Below are positions 1-5,927 of a DNA stretch of 18,361 nt, one piece after another. The stretch covers positions 1 through 18,361 of the forward strand of contig CAYUFY010000067.1 in the NCBI GenBank assembly GCA_964443795.1. Direction: 5' to 3'. The translations under genes were made by a program, and so were the position numbers. Source of the stretch: an uncultured Anaerolineales bacterium (GTDB lineage: Bacteria > Chloroflexota > Anaerolineae > Anaerolineales > UBA6663). Position 1 is the first letter of the stretch. The number at the start of each line of letters is the position of its first letter. The notes below the pieces were generated by a model. It was not told the DNA's origin. It was given only the letters and a program-made list of their open reading frames with translations, and ran no database searches.

Positions 1-1
1 G

Positions 2-661
2 CCGCCCAGCGCGACGCCAGCCGTCAGCGACACCCCGGCCCCGGCGGCCTCGCCCACCCCCGACCCCAACCTCGGCGTGGGCGAGATCGTCTACGAAGAC
101 AAACTTAATGGCCAGGGCGGGTGGGGCTGGGGCTACACCGAAGACGGCGCGGCCACCTTCTCCACCGCTGGGGGCCAGCTCGATGCGGTGATGGTTAAAC
201 CCAACATCGGCCCCCGCTTCAGCATCAGCGCCGACACGCTCCAAATTAGTGACCAGCAAGTGCGGCTCACCATCCGTCCCAACCTGTGCTTCGATCTCGA
301 CGAATATGGCCTCATGTTCCGGCTGGGCACCGACGCGGCGGGCAACTATCAGGGCTACGTCTTTAAACTCAAATGCGGGGGCGGGGCGCGGGTGGAAATC
401 CTGCGCGGCACGCAGGCTGAGGTGCTGTTGGATTGGACCGCCTCGCCCGCCATCGTCCCCGGCGCGCCCGCCGAAAACACACTCATGGTGTGGATGGTGG
501 GTGACCAATTCAATTTCTACGTCAACGACACCTATCTCGCCAGTCTCGCCAACCCGGCCTTCACCACGGGCTTCTATGGCGTTTACCTCCGCGATCGCAC
601 CAACGGCGGCGAGTCGGTGAGCTTTGCGAATTTGGTGGCAAGGGAAGTTAAGTTACCGTAA
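2..661 (+). CDS. 5'-partial secreted/cell-surface protein: Pro/Thr/Ala-rich linker followed by a ~190-aa C-terminal domain of unknown function
   Basis: The frame is open from the window edge (PPSATPAVSDTPAPAASPTPDPN... linker) and runs into ORF 77..661, with stop TAA at 659-661. GC3-rich codon usage. There is no RBS before the internal GTG at 77, so the true start is probably upstream of the window. Confidence 0.5.
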   Translation, partial: PPSATPAVSDTPAPAASPTPDPNLGVGEIVYEDKLNGQGGWGWGYTEDGAATFSTAGGQLDAVMVKPNIGPRFSISADTLQISDQQVRLTIRPNLCFDLDEYGLMFRLGTDAAGNYQGYVFKLKCGGGARVEILRGTQAEVLLDWTASPAIVPGAPAENTLMVWMVGDQFNFYVNDTYLASLANPAFTTGFYGVYLRDRTNGGESVSFANLVAREVKLP

Positions 662-682
662 AAAAAATCAGACCGTGATGAT

Positions 683-743
683 GTAGGTCGGGCTTGCAGC
701 CCGACCTACCGTTTGGCGGAAGTCGTCGCGCTACAAGCGCGAC
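683..743. repeat. Two adjacent related GC-rich stem-loops (REP-like element or terminator) downstream of the first CDS
   Basis: Hairpin 1 has arms gtaggtcgggc (683-693) and gcccgacctac (699-709). Hairpin 2 has arms gtcgcgc (725-731) and gcgcgac (737-743). The reverse complement of hairpin 2 (gtaggtcgCgcttgTagcGcgac) is a near copy of hairpin 1, so the two units are inverted copies of one motif. Confidence 0.5.
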
Positions 744-774
744 CTACGTTGATTTTTGTTGAGGGCGTTTTTTT

Positions 775-1503
775 ATGCGGACCCAATTGTTACTATTGTT
801 TGCCCTCCTATTAGTTTTGGCCCCGGTGGTAGCCGCCCGCCCCGGCGCCGGGCCGGGCATCCCGCGCGGAGTCGCCGCGCCCCACCGGGCCAGCACGGGC
901 GTTCAATTGAACGCCCCCACGCCCCTCCCCCCGCTCCCCGCCGAGGCGCGCGTTCCCACCGTCACCGGGCAAAAACAAAAGTTCTCGCTCAGTTGCGAGG
1001 CGCGCGCCGCCGCCAATTGGGCCGGGTTTTTCGGCGTCACGCTTGACGAAGAAACATTCGTCAGCCAATTGCCCGTCTCCGACAACCCCGATTTTGGCTT
1101 TGTGGGCGACCTCAACGGGCCGTGGGGCAAAATTCCGCCGGATGGGTATGGCGTGCACGCCGGGCCGGTGGCCACGCTTCTGCGCCTGTATGGCATCAAT
1201 GCCTACGCCCATCGCCGCTTGAGTTGGGAAGCCGTGCAACGCCAGATCGCGCGCGGCCAACCGGTGATTGTGTGGGTGGTGGGCCACGTGGAACGCGGCC
1301 AGGCCGAGAAATATGTGACCCCCAAAGGCCTGACGGTGGTCGTGGCGCGTTATGAGCACACGGTTCTGGTCACGGGCTACACCCCCACCCAGGTCGAGAT
1401 TTTGGACGGGCAGAAGACTTACACCCGCACGGTGGCGGTATTTTTAGAGTCGTGGGGGGTGCTGGGCAACCAGGCCATCGTGCGCGGGCTGTTGCCCAAG
1501 TGA
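775..1503 (+). CDS. Secreted papain-like (Peptidase_C39_2 / YvpB-like) cysteine peptidase-family protein
   Basis: N-terminal signal peptide (MRTQLLLLFALLLVLAPVVAARP). A candidate catalytic Cys sits in SCEARAAANWAGFFG and a His in YEHTVLVTGY, a Cys...His arrangement typical of C39-like peptidases. GAGGG lies 9 nt upstream of the ATG. Confidence 0.55.
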   Translation: MRTQLLLLFALLLVLAPVVAARPGAGPGIPRGVAAPHRASTGVQLNAPTPLPPLPAEARVPTVTGQKQKFSLSCEARAAANWAGFFGVTLDEETFVSQLPVSDNPDFGFVGDLNGPWGKIPPDGYGVHAGPVATLLRLYGINAYAHRRLSWEAVQRQIARGQPVIVWVVGHVERGQAEKYVTPKGLTVVVARYEHTVLVTGYTPTQVEILDGQKTYTRTVAVFLESWGVLGNQAIVRGLLPK

Positions 1504-1504
1504 T

Positions 1505-1533
1505 TTGACTTTCCCGCCCGGCGGGGCTAATCT
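1505..1533 (+). promoter_or_regulatory. Sigma70-like promoter candidate (TTGACT-17-TAATCT) for the muramidase-family gene
   Basis: TTGACT at 1505-1510, a 17-nt spacer, then TAATCT at 1528-1533. A GGAGG RBS at 1587-1591 follows. Confidence 0.35.
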
Positions 1534-1596
1534 TAGGTTGTTCATTTAGCAGGCACCACCACACACAATTGCTTTACTAAACAATTGGAGGTCTTT

Positions 1597-2637
1597 ATGG
1601 CAGAACGCACCGGCACCACCACCAGCAACGTCAATTTTCGCGCCGGCCCCGGCACCGCGCATGCGGTCATTATGGTCGTCAAAGCCAAAACACCCGTCGA
1701 AATCATCGGTTTCCAGGATGATTGGTTGCAGGTGAAAGTCGGCGATAAAACCGGCTATGTGCACAACAAATTTATCCAACTGCCCAATCAAGGCGTCAGT
1801 GAGGGCTTTTTGGCGGATAAGATGAACCCCCCGGCCCCCGCGCCCGAACCGGTCGCCCCCGGTGGGGATGGGCAACCCGCGCCGGCCCCCGTGGTCCCGG
1901 CCGGTGACAACGAAATCCTGAACGTGCCATTGGAACCACCCGCTAACCAACGGATGATCTTGACCGCGCCCAAACCCACCGGGCTGGAGAAGATGGTGGC
2001 GAACACCTGGAACAAATTTGGCGGCCTGCTCACGGTGCTTGCCAAAGAATTCAAGATTGACCCGGCGGTGGCCGTGGCGGTGCTCACCGTGGAATCGGGC
2101 GGGCGCGGCTTTGGCCCCGACGGGCGGATGCTCATCCGTTTTGAGAATCAGGTCTTCTTCGACCAGTGGGGCAAGCGCAACCCCGACCGGTATCACCAGC
2201 ACTTCCAATACAACGCCGAAAAGCGCTGGCTCGACCACAAATGGCGCCCGTCCCCGGATGGCAACTGGAACGAATTTCACGGCAACCAACTGGCCGAGTG
2301 GGAAGTCTTCACTTTCGCGCGCACCCTGCACGACTCGGCGGCCAAGATGAGCATCAGCATGGGCGGCCCGCAGATTATGGGCTTCAACTACACCACCTGC
2401 GGCTACGAGTCGGTGACGCAAATGTTCGATGCCTTCAACTCCGGCGACCGCGCCCAACTCATCGGCTTCTTCGACTTTGTGCAAGGCCCATCGCCCAACT
2501 CGCGCCGGGTCATCGCCCTGCAATCGCAGGATTTTGAAACCTTCGCTTCCATGTACAACGGGCCGGGGCAGGCGGCCAAGTACGGCAGTCTCATTCGGAA
2601 TGTGTATGAGCTGTATCACAAGCTTAAGCCGGGCTAA
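1597..2637 (+). CDS. SH3b-domain protein with C-terminal N-acetylmuramidase-family (DUF3380 / pfam11860-like) domain; endolysin-like
   Basis: N-terminus NVNFRAGPGTAHAVIMVVKAKTPVEIIGFQDDWLQVKV matches the bacterial SH3 (SH3_3) pattern. A Pro-rich linker follows, then ...LTVESGGRGFGPDGRMLIRFENQVFF..., as recalled for the phage/bacterial muramidase family. The start is set at ATG 1597 (GGAGG 6 nt upstream) rather than the TTG at 1585 in the ORF track. No signal peptide is seen. Confidence 0.6.
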   Translation: MAERTGTTTSNVNFRAGPGTAHAVIMVVKAKTPVEIIGFQDDWLQVKVGDKTGYVHNKFIQLPNQGVSEGFLADKMNPPAPAPEPVAPGGDGQPAPAPVVPAGDNEILNVPLEPPANQRMILTAPKPTGLEKMVANTWNKFGGLLTVLAKEFKIDPAVAVAVLTVESGGRGFGPDGRMLIRFENQVFFDQWGKRNPDRYHQHFQYNAEKRWLDHKWRPSPDGNWNEFHGNQLAEWEVFTFARTLHDSAAKMSISMGGPQIMGFNYTTCGYESVTQMFDAFNSGDRAQLIGFFDFVQGPSPNSRRVIALQSQDFETFASMYNGPGQAAKYGSLIRNVYELYHKLKPG

Positions 2638-2650
2638 AATGGATCTTGGT

Positions 2651-2693
2651 TAAAACACAAGCCGCGCAGAGACTCTGCGCGGCTTTTTGTTGG
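2651..2693. terminator. Bidirectional rho-independent terminator between convergent genes
   Basis: Perfect 11-bp stem agccgcgcaga (2660-2670) / tctgcgcggct (2674-2684) with loop gac. A T-run ttttt follows on the + strand, and an A-run aaaacacaa on its 5' side gives a T-run for the minus strand. Confidence 0.7.
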
Positions 2694-2734
2694 GTCTACG
2701 GTCTGACTTATAATTCGCTGTAACCAGCCAGGCC

Positions 2735-3238
2735 TCATTGGGTGGTGAATGCCGGGTTCAGGTTTTGCTTTTGACTCTGGTCAAAGCGGAAGCGAGCCAG
2801 AATGAAGCGGTAGCTGCCATAAGTGGCAAACAAACTGGCGATGAAGCTCAAAATGCCGGTGCCTTCATAAAACCAGTCGCCTACCAGTTCAGAAGGTGGC
2901 AAAACACGAAAGTCCGCCACCACTGACAGTCCCAATGGCATCAGCAGAATTTCATTCATGGCCCGCAACGTGTGGTCCAAGCCCCCATCAATGAAGCCCA
3001 GTCCGACAATGATGGACGCGGCCAACAAGCCATAGGCCCACAGTGCCAGATAATTTTGTGTCCGGCTAAACCAGTAGAGCAAGGCGATGGGCAATAGCAC
3101 AATGATTAACGTGGGTATGACAAAGTCGGCGCCAAAGCGATAAAGGTGATGAATGGCGGTAAACATACTGGTAACCGTCAGACTAACCAGCGACCATTGG
3201 GCCAAACGATGAACTTGAGAGAGGGTGGGGACAGACAT
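2735..3238 (-). CDS. Small integral membrane protein (4-5 TM helices), divergent from the TetR gene; unknown family
   Basis: Highly hydrophobic ORF. The preferred start is the ATG at 3236-3238 (MSVPTLSQ...), with AGGAG 8 nt upstream on the minus strand. The longer ORF to 3304 would run through the AT-rich divergent promoter region. Codon use is visibly AT-richer than in neighbouring genes. Confidence 0.55.
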   Translation of the reverse strand: MSVPTLSQVHRLAQWSLVSLTVTSMFTAIHHLYRFGADFVIPTLIIVLLPIALLYWFSRTQNYLALWAYGLLAASIIVGLGFIDGGLDHTLRAMNEILLMPLGLSVVADFRVLPPSELVGDWFYEGTGILSFIASLFATYGSYRFILARFRFDQSQKQNLNPAFTTQ

Positions 3239-3323
3239 ATTGGACTCCTGAGAAAATGAATTAGTATCAGAATAGGTTATAGCGACCGTCACTGCCCCCG
3301 TCAATAATCAAAAATCCGTTAGG

Positions 3324-3339
3324 TGTTCAATGCTGAACA
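3324..3339. promoter_or_regulatory. Perfect palindrome TGTTCA-ATGC-TGAACA overlapping the tetR start codon; a third TGTTCA half-site lies at 3353-3358
   Basis: Seen directly: TGTTCA at 3324-3329, spacer atgc (holding the ATG at 3330-3332), TGAACA at 3334-3339. It is a candidate operator or RNA hairpin. Confidence 0.35.
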
Positions 3340-3947
3340 AAAAGACTAAAACTGTTCACAAACGCGCCGCCTCACCAGCCCCCCAAGCAGATCGCCGCGT
3401 CCAACGCACCCGGCAAATTTTGCGGGAGGCGTTGGTGGCCCTCATCTTGAACAAGGGGTATGACACGATCACCGTGCAGGATATATTGGAGCGGGCCAAT
3501 GTTGGCCGATCCACTTTTTACAGCCATTATTGGGACAAGGAAGATTTACTCTTGGGCTTGTTCGAAGATTTCCACGCCACCCTGGAGGCCGCCCGCCCCA
3601 CTGATTTATCTGATGACGGTGAAAACCTCGGGCAACTGTTGTTTCAACTGGGGGTTAGTCACCATCGTTTATATAAAGCCATGTTGGGCCAGCGCAGTGG
3701 CCGCTTGGTCTACGCTCATGCACAAAGTTTTCTGGCTGATTACTTTCGCGATCATCTCGCCCCCCGATGGCCAGCCAAGGCTACCCTGCCTCTGGAAGTG
3801 GCTGTGCAGTATCATGTTGGGGCATTTCTGGCCCTGCTGGTATGGTGGTTAGATAATGATCTGCCATACCCGCCAGAAGCCATGGCCCGTATGTTTCAAC
3901 AATTGACCCGCCCCGGGCTGGCAACTGTTTTGCGCCCCACAATTTGA
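3330..3947 (+). CDS. TetR/AcrR-family transcriptional regulator
   Basis: Canonical TetR N-terminal HTH (ILREALVALILNKGYDTITVQDILERANVGRSTFYSHYWDKEDLL). AGGTG sits 4 nt upstream. Codon usage is AT-richer than surrounding genes (many ttg/tta/att/gat). Confidence 0.85.
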   Translation: MLNKKTKTVHKRAASPAPQADRRVQRTRQILREALVALILNKGYDTITVQDILERANVGRSTFYSHYWDKEDLLLGLFEDFHATLEAARPTDLSDDGENLGQLLFQLGVSHHRLYKAMLGQRSGRLVYAHAQSFLADYFRDHLAPRWPAKATLPLEVAVQYHVGAFLALLVWWLDNDLPYPPEAMARMFQQLTRPGLATVLRPTI

Positions 3948-3969
3948 TCGAATATTTATGGAGCACCGT

Positions 3970-4821
3970 ATGCCCTCCACCACCCAAAAAACTTTCGCCG
4001 AGAAGAACAAGCTCAACGACCTCCCCGCCAAGGAGTGGCTTAAGTTTCAAAAGTCGTGGTTCATCCATAATCCACCGCCACGCCGCAAGGATGTGTTGTT
4101 GCACCCGGCCAAATATCCCGAAACCCTGGTGCAGGAGTTCATTGAGTTTTTCACCAAAAAAGGCGGGACGGTGCTGGACCCGATGCTGGGCACTGGCTCC
4201 ACCGTGGTGGCCGCTCTCCGCGCGGGGCGCCGGGGGGTGGGCATTGAACTCAACCCCAAGTATTTCGCCATCGCCCAAAAGGTGATTGCCGATGAAAAAG
4301 CCGCGCTGGGCAAAGTTCCCAAAAAGATCGAACCCCTGCTCTTCAATCACGATGCCGCCTTGGTCGGCGAACTAAAAATCCCGCCCATTGACTACGTTAT
4401 TACCTCGCCGCCGTATTGGGATATGTTGCGCGCGCGCGGGGCCGAGACCCAGAAGAAACGCCGCGCCGCGCCCGACCTCGACGTGCATTACTCCGACGAC
4501 CCACGCGACCTGGGCAACGTGGCCGATTACGAAGCCTTCCTCGAACAACTGGCGCGCCTGTACGAGGCGCTTTACCCCGCGCTCAAAGACCGGGCCTATC
4601 TCACCATCATCGTCAAAAATGTGAAGAAGAGCGGCAAGATTTATCCGCTCGCGTGGGATCTGGCCAAACGCCTGGAGCGCACGTACACCCTGAAGGACGA
4701 GAAAATCTGGATGCAGGACAATCAGCGCCTGGCCCCCTATGGGCTGGGCAACGCCTGGGTGAGCAACACCTTTCATCACTATTGTTTACAGTTTAGAAAA
4801 GAAGAAGGCCGTAATCAGTAA
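3970..4821 (+). CDS. DNA methyltransferase of the N6-adenine/N4-cytosine (N6_N4_Mtase, pfam01555-like) family with permuted motif order (HPxKxP + FxGxG before SPPY)
   Basis: HPAKYPETLVQEFIEFFTKKGGTVLDPMLGTGSTVVAALRAGRRGVGIELNPKYF matches motif X/I/II of beta-class amino-MTases. DYVITSPPYW matches motif IV. ...YLTIIVKNVKKSG...YTLKDEKIWMQDN are the downstream family motifs. The start is set at ATG 3970 (GGAG at 3960-3963). The alternative ATG at 3958 is in frame. The stop of tetR is only 22 nt upstream. Confidence 0.75.
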   Translation: MPSTTQKTFAEKNKLNDLPAKEWLKFQKSWFIHNPPPRRKDVLLHPAKYPETLVQEFIEFFTKKGGTVLDPMLGTGSTVVAALRAGRRGVGIELNPKYFAIAQKVIADEKAALGKVPKKIEPLLFNHDAALVGELKIPPIDYVITSPPYWDMLRARGAETQKKRRAAPDLDVHYSDDPRDLGNVADYEAFLEQLARLYEALYPALKDRAYLTIIVKNVKKSGKIYPLAWDLAKRLERTYTLKDEKIWMQDNQRLAPYGLGNAWVSNTFHHYCLQFRKEEGRNQ

Positions 4822-4860
4822 TCTCTTCTTCCTTCTTCATCCTTCCTTCTCTTTTTCTTC
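4822..4860. repeat. 39-nt pure polypyrimidine (CT/CTT-rich) tract filling the whole MTase-to-next-gene spacer
   Basis: atctcttcttccttcttcatccttccttctctttttcttc contains no purine-rich SD, and the ATG at 4861 follows immediately. Confidence 0.8.
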
Positions 4861-5856
4861 ATGCTCTCCCCGGCCTCCATCCTCCGCCTGCCTTATGACC
4901 GATCGCTCACGCTCGGCGGGATTGAGTACGCCAAGAAATCGCTCCACTACACTTACAACCGGATGGGGCTTAAACCGGCGGCGCGCCTGCGGAAGATTGT
5001 GGCCGGCGTGGCGGTGGAACTGGCCTTTCAACACTGGCTCGATGCCAACCACATCCCCTATGACCGGCTGGGCCTGACCGCCTTCACGCAAAAAGATCGC
5101 TACGACCTGCGCCTCGGCGGGCGGCGCTGTGACCTGAAAAGTTTTCTCATCAGCGATAAAGCCAAGATCCGCGCGGTGCGCCACGACCCGGCGTGGTTGC
5201 TGGATACCGAAGCCCTCGTGCCCGAGGATCAACTGGCCAGCGATTCGCTCGCCGAAAACGATGTCTATCTCTTCGGCTATCTCGCCGGGCTGGAAACCCG
5301 GCACAGCGCCGATTTGCAGAAAATCATCCGCGCCGGGAACGATATGTTTTTGCTATTCACGCCCCGCGACCAACGCTGGACGGGTGATGGCGAATGGCGG
5401 TCACTGGGCCGCTTGGCTTGCAAAAGCAACACCCGCCGCCCGCTCCGGCTGGAAATCGGCGGGCAGGCGGCCGGCCACGCCGCCCAAAGTGAAACCCTGC
5501 CGCTTCAGCCGCGCACCCGCGCCGAGACCCGCGCCGAGTTCTATTCCCTGCTCTACCTGCACTCACCCCGCCTGCCGAGTGGCGCGGTGGGCGTGCATTC
5601 CCCGGTGGTGGGCGAAACCCTGCTGGTCGCGCCGGAGGATTGGATAAATATTTGGGTCTATGGCCTCGAGATTTTTATTGCGGGCTGGCTCACCAAAAGC
5701 GACCTCCGCGCGCGGGGGCACCGCCTCCCAGCGGGCGCGCCCGGCAAACTCTACCCCCGCACCCACACCGACAACCGCGCCATCCTCGTCCAAAATTTGC
5801 GCCCGGTGGAGGAGTTGGTGGAACTCGTGAAAAATTCTGCATGGGGTCGAAAATGA
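4861..5856 (+). CDS. Hypothetical 331-aa protein linked to the MTase; candidate PD-(D/E)xK nuclease (possible restriction endonuclease)
   Basis: High-GC3 native-looking coding frame. No family recognised by eye. The N-terminal region holds E(VELAFQHW)...D(RYDLRLGG)...D-L-K (RRCDLKSF), with spacing compatible with an E...D...DxK active site. Confidence 0.6.
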   Translation: MLSPASILRLPYDRSLTLGGIEYAKKSLHYTYNRMGLKPAARLRKIVAGVAVELAFQHWLDANHIPYDRLGLTAFTQKDRYDLRLGGRRCDLKSFLISDKAKIRAVRHDPAWLLDTEALVPEDQLASDSLAENDVYLFGYLAGLETRHSADLQKIIRAGNDMFLLFTPRDQRWTGDGEWRSLGRLACKSNTRRPLRLEIGGQAAGHAAQSETLPLQPRTRAETRAEFYSLLYLHSPRLPSGAVGVHSPVVGETLLVAPEDWINIWVYGLEIFIAGWLTKSDLRARGHRLPAGAPGKLYPRTHTDNRAILVQNLRPVEELVELVKNSAWGRK

Positions 5857-5927
5857 AACGGTTTCGTAACGCATCCCCGCGCTAAAATACGATATAGTGA
5901 CACCAAATTACTCGCCGGAGATTTCCC

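Noticed and set aside
1546-2619. 357-aa ORF on the minus strand
   Set aside because: It is entirely antisense to the well-supported SH3b-muramidase gene. Long antisense ORFs are expected in high-GC DNA, and it has no motif or RBS support.
3239-3304. Longer N-terminal extension of the membrane protein (start at 3304)
   Set aside because: The extension would read through the AT-rich divergent promoter region, whereas the internal ATG at 3238 has a good AGGAG SD, so the shorter form is preferred.
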